Shown: positions 49,405-63,709 of the stretch, in pieces
Layout: every line of letters begins with the position of its first letter
How positions within the stretch are numbered: the first letter of the stretch is position 1
Origin: Mobula hypostoma
Lineage: Eukaryota
Reading direction: 5' to 3'
Length of the DNA: 64,000 nucleotides
Assembly (NCBI RefSeq): GCF_963921235.1
Contig: NC_086108.1
Coordinates: forward strand, 112,160,001 to 112,224,000
Translations under genes and position numbers: made by a program
The notes under the pieces: model-generated
Seen by the model: the letters and a program-made list of their open reading frames with translations, nothing else
What the model was told of the DNA's origin: nothing
Databases searched by the model: none

Positions 49405-52400
49405 GACAAGACATAGGAGTAGAATTAAGCTATTTGACTCTTTGTGTCTGCTCCACCATTCAATCATTGTTGATCTTTTATCTTCTCCTCAGCCCCACTC
49501 CCCAGCCTTCTCCCCGTAATCTTTGATGGCGTGGCCAATCAAGAACGTATCAATCTTCACCTTAAATACACCCAATGACCTGGCCTCCACAGCCATCTGT
49601 GGTAACAAATTCCACAAATTCACCACTCTCTGGCTAAATTTCTCCACATCTCTGTTTTAAATGGATGCTCCTCTAACTGGGAGCTGTGCCATCTTGTCCT
49701 AGACTCTCCCACCATGGGAAATATCCTTTCCACATCTATTCTGTCTAGGTATTTCAACATTTGAAAGATTTCAATGAGATTCCGCCCCATCCTTCTAAAT
49801 TCCAGCAAGTACAGACCCAGAGCTATCAAACATTCCTCGTATGATAATCCTTGCAATTCCTGGAATCATCCTTGTGAACCTTCTCTGAACCCTCTCCAAT
49901 GCCAGCCCATCTTTTCATACATAAAGGATCCCAAAACTGTTCGCGATACTCAAGGTGAGGCCTCACCTGTGCCTCGTAAATCCTCTGCATCGCATCCCTG
50001 CTCTTGTATTCTAGACCTCTTGAAATGAATGCAAACATTGCATTTGCCTTCCTCACCACTGACTCTACCTGCAAGTTAACCTTAATAAGATTAGGCCCTT
50101 TTTTTCTTTTTTTTTCATTTCTTTACTAACCATATAGTCAAAGCAAGAATTATAAAGCTTAATCATTTAATCGCAAAAAAAATTTAAAGGGCCCAATCTT
50201 ATTAAACAGTATGATGCGCAAAGTTGGAGCTCACTAATAAGTCAATTGTTCACTATCGACCTCCTCTGATCATCGCTGCCCTTCGGACCCTCGCTCCGAG
50301 TCCACCCCGTCGAGCGGTCTACCAACTCTCCCCATTCGCATTTTCTCTCCTCATCTCTCCCCGGCAAAAGCCCGCAAGAAAACTCCTTCCAGGTTCACAA
50401 GGCAGAGCAACAAAATCCTGATTGGCTAACATGCATAACCATAGTCCTGTTATCTCCAGCCATAACCCAAACATTGCTGCTACAGAGAAATCGTTACCTC
50501 AGCAATGAACATTACAGAGAAGCCATTTCATTAGCCTTAACAAGTGAAACATTACAGAGAAGCCATAACAGCGTGTTACAATTTCATCATCTAAGTCATA
50601 AAAAGCAGTCCCATCACCAACACCACCAACCACCGACAGCAAACCAGAAAAGGGTCCTTTTATTCCCATTTGCCACCTACTACTAATCAGCCAATGCTCT
50701 AACCATGCTAGTAACTTTTCTGTCATACATGGGCCCTTAAAGTGGTAACCAGCCTCATGTGTGGCACCTTGTCAAAGGCCTTCTGAAAGTCCAAATATGC
50801 AACATCCACTGCATTCCCTTTATCTATCCTACTTGTAATCTCCTCAAAGAAATCCAACTGGTTCATCGGGCAAGATTTTCCCTCAAGGAAACCATGCTGA
50901 CTTTGTGCAATCTTGTCCTGTGTCACCAAGTAATCCATAACCTCATCCTTAACAATTGACTCCAACCATTGAGGTCAGGCTAACTGGTCTAATTTCCTTT
51001 CTGCTGCCTTCCTAATTTCTTAAAGAGTGGAGTGACATTTGCAATTTTCCAGTCCTTCCTAACATTGCCAGAGTCCAATAATTCTTGAAAGATCATTAAC
51101 TAGTGCCTCCACAATCTCTACTGCTACCTGTTTCAGAACCCTAGGATGCAGTTCTTCTGGTCCGGGTGACTTATGCACCTTTAGGTCTTTCAGCTTTTTG
51201 AGCGCTTTCTCCCCTATAATAGTAACTACACTCACTTCTCTTCCCTCACACCCTTCAATACCTGGCACACTGCTAGTGTCTCTCACAGTGAAGACTGATC
51301 AAAATATTCATTTAGTTCACCTGCCATCTCCTTGTCTCCCATTATTATTTCTCCAGACTTATTTTCTAATGGTCCTATATCCACTCTCTTCTCTCTTTTT
51401 TTTTACATACTTGAAAAAGCTTTTTTAATCCACCTTGATATTGTTTGTTAGCTTCCTTTCATATTTTATCTTTTCCCTCCTAATGAAGGTTTTTAAAAGC
51501 TTCCCAATGCTCCATCTTCTCGCTAATTTTTGTTTTGTCATATGCCCTCACTTTTGCTTTTACATTAGCTTTGACATCCCTTGTTAGCCGCGGTTGTACT
51601 ATTTTGCTATTTGAGTATTTCTTGGTTTTTGGAATACATCTAACCTGCACCTTCCTCATTTTTCCCAGAAACTCACACCACTGCTGTTCTGCTGCTATCC
51701 CTGTCAGCCCCTCCTTCCAAATTACATTGGCCAACTCCTCTCTCATACCGCTGCAATTTCCTTTACTCCACTGATAGACTGCTATGTCAGACTCTACTTT
51801 CTATCAAATTTCACGTTGAACTCAATCATATTGTGATCACTGCCTCCTAAGGGTTCTTGTACCTTGAGCTTTCTAATCACCTCCGGTTCATTACATGACA
51901 CCTAATCCAGTATAGCTGATCCCCCAGTAGGTTCAGTGACAAACTGCTCTAAAAAGCCATCTTGTCAGCATTCAACAAATTCACTCTCACGGGATCCAAT
52001 ACCAACCTGATTTTCCCAAACTGCCTGCATGTTAAAATCTCCCATGACTATCACAACATTGCCCTTTTGACATGCCTCTTCTATTTCCCATTGTAATCTA
52101 TAGTCCACATCTCAGCTTCTGTTTCGAAGGCCTGTATACAACAAACATTCAGGTCCCTCTGATACAATGTGTAAACTTGGATATTCAGCTTATAGTTGCT
52201 TCCAACTACAAGCATCCTCCAACTAGATTCAGTCACATCATACCCAACAATCTGTAATAGGGCAACAAGACAATCCATCGTATTTCGTATACTCCATGTA
52301 TTAAGCTTTAACACTTTGAGTACTGTATTTGCTATCCTTCTTGATTCTGCATCCCTAACGCAGATTCTTCCACTGCTGGCTGCAATTTTGTCCTATCATC

Positions 52401-53102
52401 TGCCTGCCCTTCCTGACAATCTGACTGCATGCTATCTTTGTTTTTTTTTCCCATCTGTCGTGTCCTGAGTCCCTTCACTCCGGATCCCATCCCCCTCCCA
52501 AATTCATTCAAATCCTCCCCTCAGGTTCAGGTGCAACCCATCCCTTTTGTACAGGTCATACCTCCCCCAGAAGAGATCCCAACAATCCAAGAACCTGAAG
52601 CCCTGCCCCCTGCACCAGGTTCTCAGCCACATATTTATCTGCCAAGTTATCTTGTTTCTACCCTCACTGGTGCATGGCACAGGTAGCAATCCAGAAATTA
52701 CTACCCTGGAGGTCCTGCTTCTCAGCTTTCTGCCTAGCTCTTTAAATTCTCTCTTTAGGACCTCATTGCTTTTCCTTTCTATGTCATTGGTACCAATATG
52801 TACCAAGAGATCTAACTGCTCTCCTTCCCTCTCCCTGCACAACGCTGTGGATGCGAACCGAGACGTCTCTGACCCTGGCACCTGGGAGGCAACATACTAT
52901 CAGGGTGCCCTGCTCACATCCACAGAATCTCCTGTCTGTTCCTCTAGACTATTGAGACCCCATCAGTACTGCTCCCCTCTTCTCCTTCTCTCCCTTCTGC
53001 ACTCTGGACCCATGCTCAGTGCCAGTAACCTGGTCTCCGTGGCATTCCCCTGGGAGGTCATCCCCAACAACAGTATCCAAAATAGTATACTCATTATTGA
53101 GG
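49405..53102 (-). mobile_element. Degraded long CR1 (esterase remnant 52504-52881, APE, RT) with an LTR-like insert
   Basis: HIGTNDI..DGLHLN; LNTWSIRN; YLDFQKAFDKVPH; many frameshifts. Confidence 0.8.
50082..50580 (-). mobile_element. Probable partial solo LTR inserted in CR1
   Basis: Minus strand starts TGTAAC; CCAAT box; short direct repeats (aacattacagagaagccat x2); CpG-richer than flanks; internal ~20-bp inverted repeat. Confidence 0.45.
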
Positions 53103-53216
53103 TCAATAATAAAATATTCCAGTTTATTTATAGATACCGAGCAGAGTAAGTCCTTCTGGCCCTTCGATCCGCACCACTCAGCAACCCTAACCCAACCTAA
53201 TCATGAGACAATTTAC

Positions 53217-54583
53217 ATAGAACATAGAGAACACAGAATAGTACAGCACAGTACAGGCCCTTCGGCCCACAATGTTGTACCGACCCTCAAACCCTGCCTC
53301 CCATATAAGCCCCCACCTTAGATTCCTCCATATACCTGTCTAATAGTCTCTTAAACTTCACTAGTGTATCTGCCTCCACCACTGACTCAGGCAGTGCATT
53401 CCACGCACCAACCACTCTCTGAGTAAAAAACCTTCCTCTAATATCCCCCTTGAACTTCCCACCCCTTACCTTAAAGCCATGTCCTCTTGTATTGAGCAGT
53501 GGTGCCCTGGGGAAGAGGCGCTGGCTATCCACTCTATCTATTCCTCTTATTATCTTGTACACCTCTATCATGTCTCCTCTCATCCTCCTTCTCTCCAAAG
53601 AGTAAAGCCCTAGCTCCCTTAATCTCTGATCATAATGCATACTTTCTAAACCAGGCAGCATCCTGGTAAATCTCCTCTGTACCCTTTCCAATGCTTCCAC
53701 ATCCTTCCTATAGTGAGGTGACCAGAACTGGACACAATACTCCAAGTGTGGCCTAACCAGAGTTTTATAGAGCTGCATCATTACATCACGACTCTTAAAC
53801 TCTATCCCTCGACTTATGAAAGCTAACACCCCATACGCTTTCTTAACTACCCTATCCACCTGTGAGGCAACTTTCAGGGATCTGTGGACATGTACCCCGA
53901 GATCCCTCTGCTCCTCCACACTACCAAGTATCCTGCCATTTACTTTGTACTCTGCCTTGGAGTTTGTCCTTCCAAAGTGTACCACCTCACACTTCTCTGG
54001 GTTGAACTCCATCTGCCACTTCTCAGCCCACTTCTGCATCCTATCAATGTCTCTCTGCAATCTTTGACAATCCTCTACACTATCTACAACACCACCAACC
54101 TTTGTGTCATCTGCAAACTTGCCAGCCCACCCTTCTACCCCCACATCCAGGTCGTTAATAAAAATCACGAAAAGTAGAGGTCCCAGAACAGATCCTTGTG
54201 GGACACCACTAGTCACAATCCTCCAATCTGAATGTACTCCCTCCACCACCACCCTCTGCCTTCTGCAGGCAAGCCAATTCTGAATCCACCTGGCCAAACT
54301 TCCCCGGATCCCATGCCTTCTAACTTTCTGAATAAGCCTACCGTGTGGAACCCTGTCAAATGCCTTACTAAAATCTATATAGATCACATCCACTGCACAA
54401 TCCTCATCTATATGCCTGGTCACCTCCTCAAAGAACTCTATCAGGCTTGTTAGACACGATCTGCCCTTCACAAAGCCATGCTGACTGTCCCTGATCAGAC
54501 CATGATTCTCTAAATGCCTATAGATCCTACCTCTAAGAATCTTTTCCAACAGCTTTCCCACCACAGACGTAAGGCTCACTGGT
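53217..54583 (-). mobile_element. Young 5'-truncated CR1, same subfamily as 10376-14109; open 430-aa RT ORF (53287-54579)
   Basis: Nearly identical to 10376-11735; FADD motif; inserted into a SINE. Confidence 0.95.
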
Positions 54584-57500
54584 CACTTATAATGATCAAA
54601 TAATCTATCTGGATATGTCTTGGGAACTGTGGGAGGAAACCAGAGCACCCAGGGAAAACCCACACATTATACAGCGAGAATGTACAGAGACTCTTTCCAG
54701 AGGTGGCCAGGATTGAACTTCGAACTCCGATGTCCCGAGCAGTAACAGCATCAAACTAATTACAACACTAGTGTGAATCTGCAGATGGTTAAACCTAGAA
54801 TGCTCTGCTGGGAAACTCATGCAATGGTTAACCTCAACCACTTGACCTTCCTTTCTACAGGATGTGGTTCCTAGTTACAGGAATATTCTCTCCTTGATGT
54901 TCATTTTGCATCACTCTTTGACCTGGAACGTTAACTTAGTTTTCCCTTCTGCATATTTGGCATGACCTGCTGAGTACTTCCAACACTATCCATTTTTATA
55001 TTCTCTTATGTCACAGTCAGTCAGTGCCAGGCAGAGTTTAAGGGCATTCACTCTCATATCACCTCTTGAATTCAACTCCGTAGTCCATGTTTGGTTCAAG
55101 GTTTTCATTGCCTGGGGGTGGGGGTGGAGGGAGGAGTAGTGGGGATAAGCACCTATTACTTACAATTTCTCCCAATTGGTGTGCATCTTCAACAGCCTTT
55201 GACATCCAAGTCCAGCTCCTGGCCTTCACACGTGATTTAGCTACTAAGCCTGACAGAAACATTTCTACTGATAGGAGAAGTTGCAAAGATGAGTTATTTG
55301 CATCTTAAAACCAGTTGCTCCATGCAGATGGAGCTCACCAGCTGTGGCTGGCAGCTCATCTAGAAGGAAAACTGATCTCAAATCTCCGCTGCCTTGCGGC
55401 TCATAAGGAAGGCTTCAGAGATCCTTTGGAAAAATCTGGAGCAGGTGTCTCTAAGGCAGTCCTACATTGAGCTCATTGCTGACCGGCAGCTCCTCTGATG
55501 CTGCTGATGCCAAACTGCTCCTTTGGATTCATCAGCTACGTGAAGAAGGGGGAAGACTCCAAAAGCTTGCTCTCCAGATCGTACTGCCCTGGTTTGCATA
55601 TCAGTAGTCACCTAGGATGCAACCCTGACCAATGGAGGGCTTCACAGTCCATTTTTGGACAAAGGGAATGATGCAGTAACCTGGCGAATCCCAAAGTGAC
55701 CATCATCGAGCAGGTACGTGCAACTTGATAGGACTCTTGATGTCTTCTGCCACTCTGAGGATCAGGAATGGACTTACTCCGATGTAATTAGAGACTAAAC
55801 GTTGCTACATTTTGAACCTGTTCTCACACCACTAGGTTCAGAGACAGTTATTTCTCTTCAACCATCACGCTCCTGAACCAGTGTAGATAACCACTCAACT
55901 TCAATCACCCTAACACTGAACTGATTCCACAACCTGCAGACTCACCTGCAAGGACTCTACAACTAATTTTCTCAGCATTATTTACTTTCTAATTTACACA
56001 ATTTGTCTTCTTTTGCACGGTGGTTGTTCGTCAGTCTTTATGGATATTTTTCATAAATTCTATTGCATTTTGTCAATTTCCTGTGAATGCCTATAAGAAA
56101 ATGATGCTTAAGACAGCATATATATGTATATGCCTTGAAAATAAATTCACTATGGACAGACCTATGCCCAGCATCGGAAAAAGGGTTGGGCAAAGGAAAT
56201 GATGAAATGCCCCAGTAAATCCCAAACTGCCAAATCAAGCAACCTCACCCTATTAAAAACCCAGAGGTACAGAAACACCAATAGAAGCTCCAAAAACTTC
56301 ATCCCTGGGAGAGGAGGATCTTGCCTGGGGACAACTTCAAAGACTGGCCCAGGATAGACACTCTGGTGAGCTGCTATTGGTAATCTATGCCCAACTAAGG
56401 GAAGGGAAAGGGGGAGGGGGAGGGAGACCCATTGTACTAGGACAGGGATAAAAATTGAAAGTTAAAGATTTGCTGAAATATTTAGTGCTTGAGTATTCAC
56501 AACCACAGCATTCTGCAATTTATGAGTACCAAATCTAACTTTTAAAACAATATTTGGCTACCATTCCTTCACCCAAATTTCCCTCTCATTTCTATCCTGC
56601 TGTATGCTTTAGAACCTTCCTCACTAACCACAACTGTTAGTGCAACACTTTACAGCACCAGCAATCACCGCTCGGGGATCAATCCCCGCCGCTCTCTGTA
56701 AGGAGTTTGTACGTTCTTCTTGTGATAGTGTGGAGTCCCTCCAGGTGTTCCAGTTTTCTTCCACATTCCAAAGAGTTATGGTTGGTGAGTTGTGGGAATG
56801 CTATGTTGGCACCAGAGGCACGGCAACCCTTGTGGGCTGGGCCCCCAGCACAATCCTTGGACTGTGTCAGTTGCTGACACAAAATAAAGCAATGCACTGT
56901 ATGATTTGATGTTTCAATATATTTGTGACAAATAAAGTAAATTTTTAAATCATAAAGATTACCAACTACTTATATATAGTACCAGAGGTCCCAGGAAGGA
57001 TTTCTGCAGAACACCACTAACCTAGCAAGAATAGCATCCACCACCACTACCCTGTCTTCCATGATTAGGCCAATGTTCAATCCACTTTAACAATTGACTG
57101 TGGATCCCATGTGACTTCATCTCTGGAACCATGTAGAAGTGTAATCCTGTCCTAAAAGGTCTTCGTCAATCATTTCCCTACCACAGAGAGACAGGTTTGG
57201 CATTCTGCTCTGTCCGTGTTCATTGTAAACAAAGATTTTTTTCATATTTAAAAAGAATGCATAATAAAATAAAAATGTTTCTGAAAGGTTTGGTTTGCTG
57301 TAGCTGTCAGCCCAGTTCATCAGAAGCAAAATCTTCCCCACCATTGAGCACATTTACAAAGAGCACTGCCACAGCAACACCCATCATCAAGGAAACCCGT
57401 CACCCAAGCTTTATCCTCTTCTCACTGCTATCATTGGCAGGAGGTGGAGGAGCCTTTGGTCCCACACCGCTAGGTCAGAAACAGTTATTACTCGACAATC

Positions 57501-60500
57501 GTCAGGCTCCTGAACCAGCATGAATAGTTTTCTCCAGGTGCTTTGGTTCTCTCCACCCCCCACCCCGCCCCACAGTCCAAAGACATACTGGGTGGTAGGT
57601 TAATTAGTCATTGTAAATTGTACTGAGATTAGGCTAGGGTTAAAATTGTGGTGTTGCTGGTTTGGCTTGAAATAAAGTTCACTCATCTCAGTTTTGAACT
57701 GATTCCACAACTGACAAACTTACAACATTTATTATTTGTGTTTTGTCTTTTGCACATTGATTGTCAGCCTTTGTGTGAAGTACTTCATCGATTCTATTGT
57801 ATTTTTCTGTTCTACAAGAAATGTCTGCAAGACAAACAAATCTCAGAATTGTACATATATGGTGACATGTTGTACATAGACAAATTTATTTTGGACTTTG
57901 AACAGTAGTTGAAGAATAATTAATCAACATTCTATTTTTGGATCTAATTTGAAAAATGAAACTCAACACTTCAACAAAATCAGTTTAATGAGTTAAACAC
58001 TGAAGCAGAGGGAGCATGATGAACTGTGACCTGCTGAAAGTATCATTACCCAAGTTTAATTAGCCCTTGAAAAACATGGTGCATTTTGTACCATTTTAGC
58101 TACCTTCATTAAAAAAAATTACCAATTATCAATTAGCTGGTATGCTTTATCCTGAGCTCAGTCACCTACTACAGCGAACACGCTTAGATGGCATGCTAAA
58201 CCCACAATATATCGCAATGCTTTATTTTTTCTTATTCACTCGTGTTAAATATACACATTTAACTCCAAAGTGCAAAGTCACATGATTGAATGCAGACACG
58301 ATGCAAAAATGCAGCAACATGTCCATTCCCAAAAATCAACATGTGAGAGCAAACTGAAGGGATTCCAGACACTTCATAACAAGTTAAACCAGTGCTACAC
58401 CAATTGCTTTCTGGGTCAAGATTTTCTGCTTTAAATACCCATGTTTAGGTCATCAATAATCTGTCAAATAAGGGGCCATCAGATTCCCACATCACTCTGA
58501 AACACAAAACTGTTTGTTTGGAAAGCACAGTTACTAGATGTTCAAAAATCACTGCCTAGCCTGTTAATATAGCGCACAAACATATACCCAAATGAAACAA
58601 TGTTACCACAAATTCATCAACCAACCAAAAATAATTCAAAATGCACGTGTAGCGTGCAGCACGGGTAAACAGTAAATGGCTCCCTGTCTTAGTGACAAGA
58701 CCTCGGTGATGGCAGGGTATTCATAGCCTGAGGAAAGAACGTGTAACCCAGTCCTGATGCTTCTGTACCTCCTCCACAATGGTACTGCATCAAAGAGATT
58801 AGTGATGGGTGGCAGGGATCCTCAACAATGCTTTTGAAATGCTAATAATACCTCATTGAATAGAATCTCAGTTGTCACAAGAACTCAAATCTATTAAAAT
58901 TTGAAGATTTCTATTTGCTAATTTAATTAAATCATGGATACACCAACTTAAAATGTGAATGCACTTATAATTGCTCACAATTGTTGTGCATCAGATTATA
59001 AAACGCATCCTTACTTGAAATTAAATGTATGTTATGAATAATAAACTTGATTCTGATCATATCTAGAAATTCTGGGTACAGTCTGATTTATGAATTCTGT
59101 TAGGGTGAATTACTGTTACCCGAACTCCTCTAACATGGGTTCCCTGGACTACATTCATGGTCTAATTTAAGAACTTTTAACAAAAACATGTACAAAAATC
59201 ATAACCTCCTGCTCTATTACAGTTAATCTGATGTTTAACTTCACATTAAATTAGGCATAATTTTAAGGTGATTTGAGGAAAGTATAGGGAAGTTGTCAGG
59301 AGTAAGTTTTTTGAAAAAAAACCAGAGTGCTGGGTCTATGGAACACACCGCCAGGGGTGAGTGTAGAAGCAGATACATTAATAAACTCTTAGATAGGCAC
59401 ATGGATGATAGGAGCAAGGAGAGCTATGTAGGAGGGAAGGGTTAGATTGATCTTGAACTAAATTAAAATCTCAGCACAACATTGAGGTGAAGGGCATGTA
59501 CTGTGCTGATGTCCTATGTCCAAACACCCAAGCGATAATCAGCAGTTATTTGAATCAAGGTAACAAGAAAGGAGAAAATGCTATTGGAATAAAAACACAA
59601 ATTTGGTTTGATTTGACAGGAGTGGAATAATTAAATATGGATAGCTCCATAATGCTGAAATCTGTACTAAATTTATCTGTAACACAGCTGATAGACAAAA
59701 GGTTGAAAATGGTAACTCTTACATAACTTGAATTGTTTCTTCTGGGTTAAATTGTGAAATGGCAAAAATGTTCTGAGCATTTGAAAAAAATTAAAAACAT
59801 TAGCTCTGGTTTCAGAATCTGTCCAAGGCAACAATAAACATTCAATCGGCAGCCATATTGCTGTCTGCTAACAGTAATTGGTCCTTCTCGTGTTTAATGA
59901 TATAGGCTCACATTCCAGGGTCACAGACTTTCAAGTGCCCCAGGGGTCATTCATTTAAAAGGTCAATTACCTGAACTATGCCCCGTCTGAGTGTGCAAGT
60001 GGCGCCAAAATGTGGTGTTATGCATATTTTTCTTAACTGGATTTCATTACTACTCCTGGAATGTCAAATAACCAATTTTATTTTTAAATAACTAGATGAA
60101 GTACATGCAAGAAAAGGTGAATAGAATCAACCCCACTGTTGAACAAGTCACTCAGCCACACAAAACAAAATATACAAACAAGGTGAATACAAGTTCATCA
60201 AAAATCCCAAAGCACTTTCGGCATGCAAGTGGTATAGTAATAATAACTGCTTAAGTAGCTGTTTGCATGCAACAGCAGCCACACTCCAGTACACCATTTC
60301 AACAGGTGGACGAAACCAGGTGAGGGCAGACCTCATACCTCAGTGAGATAGGGCTATGCCTGTCCGAGCATGCAAAGTCAGCTTTGGTGGACTGGGCAGA
60401 TGGGACCACAGTGAGATTCAATGGCCAGGAAAGTGGCTCTACATCACTCGTGGAGGGTGAAGGGCATGATGAGGTACAGAAGTAGTCACGGTCATCCACT

Positions 60501-61369
60501 ACAAAGTAACAATCCAGTTGTGACAACTACTTGGACCACTGGACCCAGATTTCCAAGGTTGAGAAAGTGAAACTGCCCCAGGGCAATGGCTTTTCCACTT
60601 TAAAAACACTCCCACACAAATCTCCTGTCATTGTCAGATATGCCAGACTATCACCAATTAAGACAGCATTGTAGTGAAATATTTTTGACGGTATAACCTG
60701 AGAAAATATATTGCTTCATAAACCCAAAGAACTGAAAACTGAAAGATGGGCCAAAGACAGAGGACTCTGGTGTGCTGCTGTCAGTGGCCTATGCCCCAAT
60801 AGGAGTGATGCACTAAGAAGAAACATATCCACAAACAAGAAAATCTGCCGATGCTGGAAATCCGAGCAACATACACAAAATGCTGGAGGAACTCAGCAGG
60901 CCAGACAGTATTTGTGGAAAAAAGTACAGTCAACGTTTTGAGCTGAAACCCTTCATTCAGCAGGACTGGCAAAGAAACATATCCAATCACTTCTCTGATT
61001 ACTCCCTTTTCTACTCTCACCCCTACCAGTGATTCCAGACACCCATTTTTATGCAACCTATGGTAATCAGCTTCATTCTACATCTCATTATTTCTGATGA
61101 CTCCTACAAAAGGAACACCTCCCAGCTTCTTAATTCAACCCCCCTTCCCCTCACCTTGTCTCAACTATCACCAGTTTCTCACTTCACCCTCCACTTACCC
61201 CACACACCCAGCTTCCCACTCACTTGGTCTCAACTATCACCAGCTTCTCACTTCAATTCCCTCACCACCTACCCACACACTTGGTCTCACCCATTACCTC
61301 CCAGATTCTCAATTCACCCCCCTGCCCTACCCATCTACCCTTCTTCTCATCTGGTTTCACCTATTATAA

Positions 61370-63435
61370 AACCACAGACCATAAGATACAAGAGCGGAAA
61401 TAGGCCATTCAGCCCATCAAGTCTGCTCTGCCATTCCAGCATGGCTGCTCCCGGATCCCATTCAATCCAATACACTTGCCTTCTCACCATATCCTTTGAT
61501 GCCCTGACCAACCAGCAAACTATCAACCTCTTCTAAAAGGTCGCGTCTCCATTTTGAGGCTGTGCCCTCTTGTTCTGGATACCCCCACTATAGGAAATAT
61601 CCTCTCCACATCCACCTTATCTAGTCCTTTCAACATTCAGCAGGTTTCAATGAGAACCCCTGCATCATTCTGAAGTCCAGTGAGTACAAGCCTAAAGCTG
61701 CCAAACGTCCCTTATATGTTAACTCCTTCATTCCTGGAATCATCCTTGTGAATCTTCACGAGACTTTCTACAATGAGAACACATCCTTTGAGATGAGGGA
61801 GCCAAAACTGTTGACAGTACTCCAAGTGTAGCCTGATTAGTGTCTTATAAAGGCTCAGCATTATTTTCTTGCTTTTATATTCTATTCCCCTTGAAATAAA
61901 TGCCAACATTGTATTTGCCTTCTTTACCACAGACTCAACCTGTAAATTAACCTTCTGGGAGCCTTGCATGAGGACTCCCAAGTCCTTCTGCACCTCTGAT
62001 ATTTGAATTTTCTCCCCATTTAGATAATAGTCTGTATTATTGTTACTTTTACCATCATCACGCATCATCATACATTTCCCAACACTGTGTTCCAACTGCC
62101 ACTTTATTGTCCATTCTTCCAATTTGTCCAAGTCCTGCTTCAAGTGCATTGCTTCCTCAACAATACCTACCCCTCCACTTATCTTTGTATCATCCACAAA
62201 ATTTGCCACAAAGTCATTAATTCCATTATCTAAATCACTGTCAAACAATGTGAAAAGCAGTGGTCCCAATATTGACCCGAGGAACACCACTAGTCACTAG
62301 CAGCCAACCAGAAAAGGCCCCCTTTATTCCCACTCACTGCCTCCTGCCTGTCAGCCACGCCTCTATACATGCCAGTATTTTTCCTGTAATGGCATAGGAT
62401 TTTATCTTGTTAAACAGCCTCATGTGTGGCACATTATCAAATGCCTTCTGAAAATCCAAGTAAATGACATCCACTGCCTCTGCTTTGCCCACCCTGCTTG
62501 TTACTTCCTCAAACAAATCCAACAGATTTGTCAGGCAAGATTTCCCTTTACAGAAACCATGCTGACTTTTGGCTTATTTTATCATGAGTCTCCAAATATC
62601 TTGAAATGCCATCCTTAAAAACAGACTGCAACACTTCCCTAACCACTGAGGTTAGGCTAATTGGCCTACAAATTCCTTTCTTTTGCCTTCTTCCACTCTA
62701 AGAAAGGAGTGACATTTGCAATCTTCCAGTCCTCCAGGACCATGCCAGGATCAAGTGAGTCTTGAAAGATCACGACCAATGCATCCGGTATCTTCTCACT
62801 AACCTCTCTCAGGACTCTGGGGTGTCGTCCATCTAGTCCAGGTGACTTATTCATCACAAGACCTTTGAGTTTGCCTAGTACTTTTTCATTTGTAATAGCA
62901 ATGGCACACACTCCTGCTCCCTGACACTAAATCGATGTTCATACCACCAAGTTGGAGGCTACCCAAACAGAATAAGGTATTGTTCCTCCAACCTAAGTGT
63001 GGCCTTATCCCGACAGTGGAGGAGGCTGTGGATGGACATATCGGAATGGGAATGGGAAGTGGAATTAAAATGGGTGGCCACTGGGGTTTCAGCCCAAAAT
63101 GTCAACTGTACATTTTTCCCCCACAGATATTGTCTGGCCTGCTGAGTTCCTCCAGTATTGTGTGTGTATTGATCCAAGTTCTCACTCACTTTTGCTAACT
63201 TGTATGCCCTTTCCTTGGCTTTTATGTAGTCCTTAACTTCCCTTGTCAGCTATGGTTGCCTATCCCTGCCACATGAGAACTTCTTCCGTGGGACATATCT
63301 ATCCTACGCCTTGTGAACTATTCCCAGAAACTTCTCCAATCTCTGTTCCGCCGTCATCCCCACCAGTATCCTCCTCCAATCCACCTGGGCAAGCTCCTCT
63401 CTCATATCTCTTTAATTCCCTTCATTCCATTGTGA
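61370..63435 (-). mobile_element. Degraded CR1 (RT region) with a PLE insert
   Basis: YLDFQKAFDNVPH; LGSILGPLLF..FVDDTKI; RLHLEYCQQFW. Confidence 0.8.
62935..63173. mobile_element. Old PLE fragment: minus-strand GIY-YIG C-terminus joined to a plus-strand pseudo-LTR end
   Basis: ORF 62959-63189(-) contains VATHFNSTSHSHSDMSIH..LRLEEQYLI; the orientation switches near 63085. Confidence 0.7.
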
Positions 63436-63709
63436 TACTGATAAGTGCATGGAATGGGCTGCTGGTGATGGTGGTGGAGGCGGATACAATGAGAGTCTTT
63501 TAAGAGACACTTGGATAGGTACATGGAGCTTAGGGAAATAGAGGACTATGGGTAACCCTTGGTGATTTCTGAAAGTAAGTACATGTTTGGCACAGCATTG
63601 TAGGCTGAAGGCCCTGTATTGTGCTGTAGAGTTTCTATGTTCTATCTCCAACACCTCTACTTTGAGGAGGCTGAAGAAAACGAGACTATGCACATCTATA
63701 CTTGTGTCA

